Below are positions 8,359-16,380 of a stretch of DNA of 64,000 nt, piece after piece. This DNA comes from Candidatus Nealsonbacteria bacterium (GTDB lineage: Bacteria; Patescibacteriota; Minisyncoccia; Minisyncoccales; PWPS01), in contig PUMP01000059.1 of the NCBI GenBank assembly GCA_003551425.1, positions 1,369 through 65,368 of the forward strand. The letters run 5' to 3'. Positions within the stretch are counted from its first letter, which is position 1. Each line of letters starts with the position of its first letter. Both the position numbers and the translations under genes were made by a program. Under the pieces are notes generated by a model. It saw only the letters and a list, made by a program, of their open reading frames with translations. It did no database searches and was not told where the DNA came from.

Positions 8359-8834
8359 TCTCTATAGGAATAGACCCGGGCATCGCCACTACCGGATACG
8401 GGGTAGTGGAGCATAAAGAAAATAATTTCATATGCCTTGAGTATGGGATTATTGAAACGGAAAAGAGCATCTCCATGCCACAAAGATTAAGCTTACTAAA
8501 CGAAAAGCTTTCTTTTATAATCAAAAAATACAATCCCCATATAATTGGGATTGAAAACGTCTACTTCTTTAAAAACCTTAAAACCGCAATGCCGGTAAGC
8601 CAAGCAAAAGGAGTAATCATGATGACCGCAGAGAAAGAAGGTATCCCGATAGAAGAGTTTACTCCCCCTGAAATAAAGGTAGCCGTTACCGGTTACGGCC
8701 AGGCAAACAAAGAACAAGTAAAAAAAATGATTCAACTTCTTTTAAATTTAAAAGAAAAACCGCATCATGATGATGCGGCGGATGCTTTGGGAGCATCTAT
8801 CTGCGCAATAAACAAAGCTATGTCACTTCTTTAA
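8355..8834 (+). CDS. ruvC: Crossover junction endodeoxyribonuclease RuvC
   Basis: Motifs 'IGIDPGIATTGYGV', 'GYGQANKEQV' and 'HHDDAADALGASIC'. An ATGA overlap joins it to the upstream gene. Confidence 0.9.
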   Translation: MISIGIDPGIATTGYGVVEHKENNFICLEYGIIETEKSISMPQRLSLLNEKLSFIIKKYNPHIIGIENVYFFKNLKTAMPVSQAKGVIMMTAEKEGIPIEEFTPPEIKVAVTGYGQANKEQVKKMIQLLLNLKEKPHHDDAADALGASICAINKAMSLL

Positions 8835-9999
8835 ATCTTCTCTTTCCCACTTTTACTATCATCCCCTTCTTTACGCTTATTTTAGCGTGAGGCTCTTTAA
8901 TTATGTTTTGATCTATCTTTACTCCTCCCTGGACTATAAGCCTCTTTGCCTCTGCCCGAGAAGAAACCATTCCACAAGACTCCAAGAGATCAATAATGCC
9001 CATTTCTCCCTCTTCTAATTTAACTTTTTCTACATCTTCCGGGCTTTCCTTTTTTCGAAAAACACGTTCAAAATATTCTCCGGCCTCCTCGGCCGTTTTC
9101 TTTCCGTAATAAAGAGCTACTATACGAAAAGCAAGATCGGCTTTGGCGTCTCTCGGACTAAGCCTTTCAGCGGCAATGTCTTCTTTTATCTTTTGGAGCT
9201 CTTCATAAGAAGCGAAAGCACAAAACTCAAAGTAATCAAGAATTAAATCATCGTGTATGGACATTATCTTTCCATACATCTCTTTGGGTTCATCGTTGAT
9301 GTTTACTACATTTCCCCAGCTGGTAGACATCTCTCTCCCGTCAAGACCATAAAGCATCTTGGACGTTATAATGTTTTGCGGTTTCTGTTTATAAAATCTT
9401 TGAATCTTTCTGCCGGCCTTTAAGTTAAAGAGTTGGTCAAAGCCACCTATCTCTACATCTGCATTAATCGCCACAGAGTCATATCCTTGGAGGAGAGGAT
9501 ATAAAAGCTCATGGAGGCCGATCGGCTTCTCTTGGTCCCATCTTTCTTTAAAATTGCGTCGCTGAATCATTTGCTGGGCGGTAAACTCCATCGCCAAAGG
9601 GATGAGTTTCCTTAAATCAAAGCCATTGAACCATTCACTGTTATACCTAATTTCAACTTTCTCTATGTCCAATATCTTACTGATCTGCTCTTTGTAGTCT
9701 TTCATATTCTTGCTTATCTCTTCATCGGTAAGGTTGCTTCTCATCTCTTGCTTGTCGGAAGCATCGCCAATTTTAGCGGTAAAATCGCCTATTATAAAAA
9801 CCACTTGATGTCCCAAATCTTGAAAGGCTTTTAATCGCCAAAACTGAGAGGCTCCTCCAAGATGAATATTGGTTCCTGTCGGGTCAAGGCCAAGCTTCAC
9901 TCTCAACTTTTCTCCACTTTGAAGGGCTTCTTTTATCTCCTTTTCTCCTATTATATCTTCCGTTCCTCTTTCTAAGATATCTTTTATTTTTTCATTCAT
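8818..9999 (-). CDS. tyrS: Tyrosine--tRNA ligase
   Basis: Class I HIGH-like 'TGTNIHLGG', KMSKS-like 'EMSTS', and a C-terminal S4-like domain 'SRAEAKRLIVQGGVKIDQ'. Confidence 0.8.
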   Translation of the reverse strand: MNEKIKDILERGTEDIIGEKEIKEALQSGEKLRVKLGLDPTGTNIHLGGASQFWRLKAFQDLGHQVVFIIGDFTAKIGDASDKQEMRSNLTDEEISKNMKDYKEQISKILDIEKVEIRYNSEWFNGFDLRKLIPLAMEFTAQQMIQRRNFKERWDQEKPIGLHELLYPLLQGYDSVAINADVEIGGFDQLFNLKAGRKIQRFYKQKPQNIITSKMLYGLDGREMSTSWGNVVNINDEPKEMYGKIMSIHDDLILDYFEFCAFASYEELQKIKEDIAAERLSPRDAKADLAFRIVALYYGKKTAEEAGEYFERVFRKKESPEDVEKVKLEEGEMGIIDLLESCGMVSSRAEAKRLIVQGGVKIDQNIIKEPHAKISVKKGMIVKVGKRRFKEVT

Positions 10000-10027
10000 G
10001 CTTTCATTATACCAAAAAAATATTTAT

Positions 10028-10055
10028 TTGAAAAATTACAATATTAAGTTAAAAT
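10028..10055 (+). promoter_or_regulatory. Candidate promoter (TTGAAA-16-TAAAAT) for the PBP gene
   Basis: Hexamer match by eye in the 63-nt divergent spacer. Confidence 0.3.
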
Positions 10056-10062
10056 TGTAAAG

Positions 10063-11925
10063 ATGACAAAAAGTAAAAAAGAAAAGCTACTTAATCTCCT
10101 TTATATATTCATAGCGGGCGTTCTTTGTATTGTTTTGATTGCACTACTGTTTTTTATTTATTTTGCACGTGACCTTCCACGCCCTGAAAGATTTATGGAT
10201 CGCCCAACCGCCGAACCTACTCATATCTATGACAGAACCGGAGATAACTTGTTATACACTATTCACGGGGAAGAAAGAAGGCAGACAGTAGAAATATCAG
10301 AAGTTTCCGATCATTTTGTCTCCGCCCTGCTTACAGCAGAAGATTCCAACTTTTATAATCACCCCGGAATAGATTTTCAAGGCATTGTGCGCTCTGCAAT
10401 AGTCAATTTGCAAACAGGAAGAACCGTTGCCGGAGGATCCACCATCTCTCAACAATTCGTACGTTCCGCTTTTCTTACCGCAGAGAGAACTTATATGCGA
10501 AAAATAAGAGAGATAATACTTACCTTAGAGCTTGAAAGAAGGTACTCCAAAGATCAGATTCTTGAATTTTATTTAAATCAAATTCCTTTTGGCCACAACG
10601 CATACGGAATTGAATCGGCGGCCCAAACTTATTTCAATAAAACAGCAAAAGAATTAACCGCTGCCGAGTCTGCGGCCTTGGTCTCATTAATTCCTTCTCC
10701 AAGCCATCTTTCTCCTTTTGGAGAAAACAAAGAGACGCTGCTGGCAAGAAAGGATCATCTCTTAAATAGGATGCATGATGCCGATTTTCTTACAAAAGAG
10801 GAGCTGGAGGAAGCAAAAGAAGAAGAGCTGCAGTTCTCACCTTTTTCTATTTATCTCCGAGCCCCACACTTTGTAATGGAGGTCAAAGACCAGCTAGAAA
10901 AAAAGTACGGAGCGGATTTTTTAAGAAATAACGGTCTCCGGGTTTACACCACTATTGATTATGAAATGCAGCAAAAGGCGGAAAATATTATAAAAGAAAA
11001 GGCTCTAAATAATTACCAGTACAACGCTTACAACTCTGCTCTAGTTGCTATCGACCATAATACGGGAGAGATTCTTGCCATGGTAGGATCAATGGACTAC
11101 TATCGTGACCCCATCCCCGAGGGATGTGTCCCGGGAGCCACCTGCAGATTCTCCCCCTACACAAATGTTGCAATGAGTGAAAGGCAGCCCGGTTCCGCCT
11201 TTAAGCCATTTGTGTATGCTACCGCTTTTCAGAACGGCTATAGCGGGAGTACCACGGTAATAGATGAAAAAACAAACTTCGGCACGGAGAGCAATCCTTA
11301 TGTTCCCCGAAATTACGACGGCCAGTTCCGGGGAGAAGTTACTCTCCGCCAATCTCTTGCCCAATCTCTTAATATACCATCGGTAAAAACACTTAAAGAG
11401 TTGGCCGGACTGGAAAGAAGCATAGAAGATGCAAGAATGTTCGGAATAGAATTGCCTCGTGATGCTCAATTCTATGGTCTTCCTTTAGTGTTGGGCGGAG
11501 GAGACGTGAAATTACTAGAGATAACTTCCGCCTACGGTGTCTTTGGCTCCGGAGGATATAGAAACTCTCCTGTTTTTATTTCCAGGATTAAAGATAACAG
11601 CGGCAATATAATTGAAGAAAAAGAGAAAACATCCAGAAGAGTGCTTGAGTCTTCCGTAGCAGAGGAAATAACTGACATTTTATCTGATAATGACGCAAGA
11701 GCTCCTGTTTTTGGAGAAGATTCATTATTACACTTTAAAGATCGTGAAGTAGCGGTTAAAACAGGTACTACTCAAAGTTTTCGTGATGGTTGGACGATAG
11801 GATATGATTCTTCTATTGTAGTCGGAGTTTGGACCGGGAATAACGACAACACCCCCATGATTAACGCTCCGGGAATTTCGGTTTCCGCTCCTGCTTGGAG
11901 AGAGTTTATGGAAAGCACTTTCTAG
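10063..11925 (+). CDS. Class A penicillin-binding protein (GT51 glycosyltransferase + transpeptidase)
   Basis: N-terminal TM. GT51 motifs 'EDSNFYNHPGID' and 'GGSTISQQ'. Transpeptidase motifs 'SAFKP' (SxxK) and 'KTGTT'. Confidence 0.9.
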   Translation: MTKSKKEKLLNLLYIFIAGVLCIVLIALLFFIYFARDLPRPERFMDRPTAEPTHIYDRTGDNLLYTIHGEERRQTVEISEVSDHFVSALLTAEDSNFYNHPGIDFQGIVRSAIVNLQTGRTVAGGSTISQQFVRSAFLTAERTYMRKIREIILTLELERRYSKDQILEFYLNQIPFGHNAYGIESAAQTYFNKTAKELTAAESAALVSLIPSPSHLSPFGENKETLLARKDHLLNRMHDADFLTKEELEEAKEEELQFSPFSIYLRAPHFVMEVKDQLEKKYGADFLRNNGLRVYTTIDYEMQQKAENIIKEKALNNYQYNAYNSALVAIDHNTGEILAMVGSMDYYRDPIPEGCVPGATCRFSPYTNVAMSERQPGSAFKPFVYATAFQNGYSGSTTVIDEKTNFGTESNPYVPRNYDGQFRGEVTLRQSLAQSLNIPSVKTLKELAGLERSIEDARMFGIELPRDAQFYGLPLVLGGGDVKLLEITSAYGVFGSGGYRNSPVFISRIKDNSGNIIEEKEKTSRRVLESSVAEEITDILSDNDARAPVFGEDSLLHFKDREVAVKTGTTQSFRDGWTIGYDSSIVVGVWTGNNDNTPMINAPGISVSAPAWREFMESTF

Positions 11926-13040
11926 CCTTTAATAGGCATTACCACATAAAGAAAATCACTCTTTCCTACGGGCTTTAAAACACCGGGGCTAGACTCTCCG
12001 CTTATTTCAAATATAACTTCAGAGCTTTTTATATTTAAGAGTCCATCTAAAAGAAAACGATAATTAAAGGAGATATTTGTTTTCTCTCCCTCTGCTCTTC
12101 CTTTTATTTTTGCCTTATAATCACCAAGGTCGGTAGCTTGGCTTTTAATGGTTATCTCTTCTTTCTCCGTATCAACATCCAAATTGACCTCATTAACCTT
12201 TCCACTAAAAACACTTGCTGCTTTGATTTTATTTAAGAATTCATCTTTATCTAATATTATTTGAGATTTAAACTCGGAAGGAATAATACTTTTATAATCA
12301 GGATATTCACCTTCAATTAATTTAGATGTAAGCTCAATATAGGGCTGCTCCGCCTCTCTCATATCAACTTTAAACAAGATTTGGTTATCGCCAAAAACAA
12401 TCTCCATATCTTCATCCAGTTCTTTAAAGATATTAACAACTTCTCTTGCTGTTTTTTGGGGAATAATAAAAGAGAGATTGTTCACTTTGTTTTGTATACC
12501 AATATTCTTCTCTGCTAACCTATAACTATCGGTAGCAACCATTTTTATTCCTTCTTTTGTAAAAATAAGCAGCACGCCCGATATCTCCGGCTTTACTTTG
12601 GAAAGAGAAGGAATGTCGATAATTTGCGATAAACCCTCACAAAAGGATTTACCACTTAATACTACGGAATCTTTTTTTGTTATCTTAGGGATAATAGGAT
12701 ACTCTTTTGCATTAATCCCATTTATCTTTATATTATAATCCTTACACTGAACGGAAAGAACACTTCCTTTTAAATTCATATCCACTCTCTCGTTTGGTAA
12801 TAAATTAATAAAATTGGAAAAAACACCAAAAGGAACCGTAATCTCTCCTTTTTTCTCCACTTTAGCAAGAGTCCACCACTTTACTCCAATCTCTAAGTCG
12901 GTAGAAGAAAGTGATAAAAAATTATCTTCTCCTTTTATTAATATATTTTTTAAAATTGGAAGAGTTGTAGACTTAATGGACGCTCTACTTATAATATTTA
13001 ATCCTTCTTTTAATTTGTTTTGTAATACTTTAATATTCAT
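11922..13040 (-). CDS. dnaN: DNA polymerase III beta sliding clamp
   Basis: 372 aa, directly downstream of dnaA. The N-terminus 'L...L......S.KSTTLPILKNILI' and the three-domain length are typical. Confidence 0.85.
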   Translation of the reverse strand: MNIKVLQNKLKEGLNIISRASIKSTTLPILKNILIKGEDNFLSLSSTDLEIGVKWWTLAKVEKKGEITVPFGVFSNFINLLPNERVDMNLKGSVLSVQCKDYNIKINGINAKEYPIIPKITKKDSVVLSGKSFCEGLSQIIDIPSLSKVKPEISGVLLIFTKEGIKMVATDSYRLAEKNIGIQNKVNNLSFIIPQKTAREVVNIFKELDEDMEIVFGDNQILFKVDMREAEQPYIELTSKLIEGEYPDYKSIIPSEFKSQIILDKDEFLNKIKAASVFSGKVNEVNLDVDTEKEEITIKSQATDLGDYKAKIKGRAEGEKTNISFNYRFLLDGLLNIKSSEVIFEISGESSPGVLKPVGKSDFLYVVMPIKG

Positions 13041-13217
13041 ATTTTATAACTTATTATTAATATTAAATTTGTTAATAACTTATTTTTTGAACTTAAATAG
13101 CGTGGGGAATTGTTTGGGAAAAAATATTAAAAGAAGGGTTTAAAAGATAGGGGATAATTTAAAGAAAAAAATAACGGTTAATTATAAACACTTTTTTCAA
13201 TAACTTTTCCACAACTT
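13041..13217. promoter_or_regulatory. AT-rich dnaA-dnaN spacer with DnaA-box-like sequences
   Basis: TTTTCCACA at 13205..13213 and GGGGATAA (reverse complement TTATCCCC) at about 13150..13158, with long A/T runs. This is an alternative or second oriC segment. Confidence 0.4.
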
Positions 13218-14561
13218 TTACATAGAAGATATTGTTTGCTTGATATATAATATCTCTTCTTTTAATTCCTCGTTATTTTTTATTTCTTCTATTATCTTTT
13301 TATAAGAATACATTACTGTGGTGTGGTCTTTACCGCCTATCTTTTTCCCTATAAAAGGAAAAGAATAATTTAACTCATCTCTCATTAGATAGATAACAAC
13401 TTGTCTTGGCTTTACAATCTCTTTCTTTCTAGAAGATCCCCTTACTTCTTTTTCATTTATATCATAAAAGTCACTTACCACTTTAATTATCTTTTGTGGT
13501 GAAAAAGAGATTGCCGATGATTGGATAATGTTCTTTAAAAGGCTTTTTGTCGTTTCAAGATTAATCTCTTTTTTGTTTATTTTTTGGTGAATAATTAATT
13601 TATTTAAAACACCTTCCAATTCTCTTATGTTTTTTTGTATATTTTCTACTATATAAGAGCAAGCGTCATCGGGGAGATTAAAGTCCTTTTCAAGTGCTTT
13701 TTTCTTAAGAATAGCGGCCCTTGTTTCGGTGTCCGGATAATCTATATCGGTAATCATTCCTCCTTCGAAGCGGGATCTTAATCTGTCGGTAAGAGCGTTA
13801 ATGGATTTAGGCGGCCTGTCGGAAGAAAGTATTATTTGTTTGTTCTTTTCGTATAATTCATTAAAGATATGAAAGAACTCTTCTTGTGTTTTTTCTTTTC
13901 CGGAAAGAAACTGAATATCATCAATAATGATTACATCAATATCCTTGTATTGTTCTTTAAAAGAATCCATTTTTCCGTTTCTAATAGCGGAGACCACTTC
14001 GGAAATGAATTTTTGTGCTTGAATATACAGTATATTCTTATCTTTAATTTTATTTCTTATCTCGTTTCCCGCGGCTTGTAAAAGGTGCGTTTTCCCAAGT
14101 CCTGTTTTCCCGTAGATAAAAAGAGGGTTATAGATATTTCCGGGGCTCTCTGATACGGCAAAACTGGCGGCTTGGGCAAGCTCATTAAAAGGACCAACAA
14201 CAAAATTTTCAAATGTGTATTTCGGGTTTAATCCCGTAACAGAATCTACGGAAAATTCTTGAAACTGCATCTGGTTAATAGCCTCTTTTTCTTCCTTTGG
14301 AGCCTCTTTCTTGATTGGTGCTCTTACAACATAGTCAACTTCTTTTATGTTGGTATTTAACTCTCTTAATGTTTTTAGTATTGTCTTATTGAACTTACTT
14401 TCCAGCCACTCTTTGACAAAAGAATTGGGAACGGCAATAGTTATCTTCGGGTTTTCCAGGGAGTAAATCTGAGTATTTTTAAACCATGTATTAAAGCTTG
14501 CTTCAGAGATATTTAATTGTACTTGAGCTAAAACTGATTGCCAAAGCTTTTCTTTCTCCAT
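13218..14561 (-). CDS. dnaA: Chromosomal replication initiator DnaA
   Basis: AAA+ motifs 'GKTGLGKTHLL' and 'IIIDDIQF', plus a C-terminal DNA-binding domain 'RQVVIYLMR......IGKKIGGKDHTTVMY'. I placed the start at the internal Met (MEKEKLWQ). The upstream 42 codons of the listed ORF cover the DnaA boxes. Confidence 0.9.
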   Translation of the reverse strand: MEKEKLWQSVLAQVQLNISEASFNTWFKNTQIYSLENPKITIAVPNSFVKEWLESKFNKTILKTLRELNTNIKEVDYVVRAPIKKEAPKEEKEAINQMQFQEFSVDSVTGLNPKYTFENFVVGPFNELAQAASFAVSESPGNIYNPLFIYGKTGLGKTHLLQAAGNEIRNKIKDKNILYIQAQKFISEVVSAIRNGKMDSFKEQYKDIDVIIIDDIQFLSGKEKTQEEFFHIFNELYEKNKQIILSSDRPPKSINALTDRLRSRFEGGMITDIDYPDTETRAAILKKKALEKDFNLPDDACSYIVENIQKNIRELEGVLNKLIIHQKINKKEINLETTKSLLKNIIQSSAISFSPQKIIKVVSDFYDINEKEVRGSSRKKEIVKPRQVVIYLMRDELNYSFPFIGKKIGGKDHTTVMYSYKKIIEEIKNNEELKEEILYIKQTISSM

Positions 14562-14619
14562 AGTTGTTTTAAAAATTAAAGTAAATTCAACTGAATGGAT
14601 TATAACATAATTAAAATAG

Positions 14620-14678
14620 TGTGGAAAACTCTTTTTATTTGTTAAAATCTTAATAAGTTGTGGAAAATGTGGGGATAA
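14620..14678. promoter_or_regulatory. Cluster of three DnaA-box-like 9-mers (putative oriC core)
   Basis: TGTGGAAAA at 14620..14628 and 14659..14667, and TGTGGGGATAA at 14668..14678. Their reverse complements are TTTTCCACA x2 and TTATCCCCACA, against the consensus TTATCCACA. They lie between divergent dnaA and rpmH. Confidence 0.55.
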
Positions 14679-14696
14679 GTTAATCAACTGTTAAAA

Positions 14697-14725
14697 TTGA
14701 CTTTTTCTTTTGTTTAAAGTAAAAT
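14697..14725 (+). promoter_or_regulatory. Candidate promoter (TTGACT-17-TAAAAT) for rpmH-rnpA-yidC-jag
   Basis: Hexamers at 14697..14702 and 14720..14725, about 20 nt upstream of the rpmH ATG. Confidence 0.45.
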
Positions 14726-14746
14726 ACAAAAGTAAAATCTTAAATT

Positions 14747-14881
14747 ATGTCATTTTTCAACAACCCTAAAAACAGAAAAAGGAAGAGAGCACACGGCTTT
14801 CTCAGTAGAATTAAGTCAAGGACCGGAAAAGCCGTTGTTAAAAGAAGAATAAGAAAGAGGAGAAACAGTATAACTGTTTAA
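14747..14881 (+). CDS. rpmH: 50S ribosomal protein L34 (44 aa, below the ORF-track cutoff)
   Basis: Hand translation gives MSFFNNPKNRKRKRAHGFLSRIKSRTGKAVVKRRIRKRRNSITV*. The 'KR.R.HGF..R..S..G..V...RR.K.R' pattern and the position before rnpA fit L34. Confidence 0.85.
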   Translation: MSFFNNPKNRKRKRAHGFLSRIKSRTGKAVVKRRIRKRRNSITV

Positions 14882-14884
14882 TTA

Positions 14885-15232
14885 ATGCTTCCTTTTAAAT
14901 ATAGAATAAAGAAAAAGAAAGAGTTTGATGATGTCTTTAGAAGCGGAAAAAGGATTGAAAACCATTTTTATTTAATAAAGATAAAAAAGAATGGCCTGGC
15001 CTTCTCCCGCTTTGCTTTTGTTGTTCCTTTAAGGCTTTCCAAAAAAGCGACAAAAAGGAATAAAATAAAAAGAAGACTGAGAGAGGCTGTGCGCAGCGTT
15101 TTCTATCAAATCGAAAAAGGATTTGATATTATTTTTATCAGCAAAGAGAGAGTAAAAGAAAGCGAGTACAGGGAGATAAAAGAAGGAATTATAGATGTTT
15201 TAAAAAAGGCGGAGATTATAAGAAGCCAATAA
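14885..15232 (+). CDS. rnpA: Ribonuclease P protein component
   Basis: 115 aa basic protein with 'RL.KK.EF..VF..G' and an 'ATKRNKIKRRLRE' RNR-like motif, located after rpmH. Confidence 0.85.
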   Translation: MLPFKYRIKKKKEFDDVFRSGKRIENHFYLIKIKKNGLAFSRFAFVVPLRLSKKATKRNKIKRRLREAVRSVFYQIEKGFDIIFISKERVKESEYREIKEGIIDVLKKAEIIRSQ

Positions 15233-15233
15233 T

Positions 15234-15941
15234 ATGATAGGAGATTTTTTTTACATTTTAATATACCAGCCTCTCTTTAACTTGCTTATCTTTTTTTATA
15301 ACGCAGTTCCCTTTGCCGACCTTGGAATAGCCGTTATTTTAGTGACGGTTCTTATCAAGGGCGTACTTTACCCTCTCGGGCTTAAGGCGGCAAGGTCACA
15401 AAAAGACATACAAAAGCTCCAACCGACCATAAAAGAGATACAAGAGAAATATAAAGACGACAAAGAAACGCAAGCAAAGAAGATAATGGAGGCCTATAAG
15501 AACGCCAAGGTTAGTCCTTTTTCCGGCATCTTTCCTCTTTTTATTCAGCTCCCCATCCTTATCTCTTTATTTCAGATCTTTAGAAGAGGGCTGGGGGAGG
15601 AAGAGATGGCACATCTTTATGATTTTCTTTCTGTCCCGGAGAGCATCAATGCTACTTTTTTGGGGATTGTAGATTTATCTTCTTCTAATATTGTTATTGC
15701 CGTTCTGGCGGGGGCGGGACAGTATCTTCAAATGAAAATGACGATGGACAATAAAAAAGACGAGGGAGGAAGCAAGGATATGGCAAAGATGATGCAGTCG
15801 CACATGATTCTCTTTCTCCCCGGATTCACTTTTATAATACTTTTAAGCCTTCCCTCGGCGGTTGGTCTTTACTGGCTTATAACCATAATCTTCTCTGTAT
15901 TACAGCAATATACAGTAAAGAAGGATGAAAAACATGCATAA
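15234..15941 (+). CDS. yidC: YidC/Oxa1-family membrane insertase (short form)
   Basis: Multi-pass protein with 'KLQP.IKEIQEKYKDD....AKKIMEAYK...VSPFSG..P.FIQLPI' and conserved synteny. Confidence 0.85.
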   Translation: MIGDFFYILIYQPLFNLLIFFYNAVPFADLGIAVILVTVLIKGVLYPLGLKAARSQKDIQKLQPTIKEIQEKYKDDKETQAKKIMEAYKNAKVSPFSGIFPLFIQLPILISLFQIFRRGLGEEEMAHLYDFLSVPESINATFLGIVDLSSSNIVIAVLAGAGQYLQMKMTMDNKKDEGGSKDMAKMMQSHMILFLPGFTFIILLSLPSAVGLYWLITIIFSVLQQYTVKKDEKHA

Positions 15942-16380
15942 AGAAGAAATGAAAAAGATTATTTTTGAGTTCTTCCGTCTCATTGATCCCGATATAAGGG
16001 TGGATTTTCCTGCTTCTGAAGAGAATACGATTAATGTCTGTGTAAAAATAAAAGATCCCGAGTCTTTGATAGGAGAAAAAGGAAGAACCCTGGTTGAGAC
16101 GGAGAGATTATTCAAGATTATAGCAAGAAAGAAGAGCAAGGACCCTCTTTTTGTAAACCTTGATATTAACGATTATAAGAAGAGAAAAGGAGACCAATTA
16201 AAAGAGCTTGCAAACAGTACGGCAGACGAAGTCTCTCTTACCGGGATAGGAAAAAAATTTCCTCCCATGTCTGCTTACGAAAGGAGGATTATTCATATGG
16301 CGCTTGCGGAGAGAGAAGACGTGCTAACAGAGAGCGTAGATGAAGGTTCTCAGAGAAGAGTTGTTATCAAAAAGAGCTAG
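15925..16380 (+). CDS. jag: Jag-like KH/R3H RNA-binding protein
   Basis: KH-like 'LIGEKGRTL' and R3H 'MSAYERRIIHMALAE..DVLTES.DEGSQRRVVI', located after yidC. Confidence 0.8.
   Translation: MKNMHKEEMKKIIFEFFRLIDPDIRVDFPASEENTINVCVKIKDPESLIGEKGRTLVETERLFKIIARKKSKDPLFVNLDINDYKKRKGDQLKELANSTADEVSLTGIGKKFPPMSAYERRIIHMALAEREDVLTESVDEGSQRRVVIKKS

Noticed and set aside
14562-14687. N-terminal 42-codon extension of dnaA in the ORF track (MINLSPHFPQLIKILTNKK...).
   Set aside because: The extension is unlike any DnaA N-terminus and coincides with the DnaA-box cluster. The conserved protein begins at the internal Met (MEKEKLWQSVL...).
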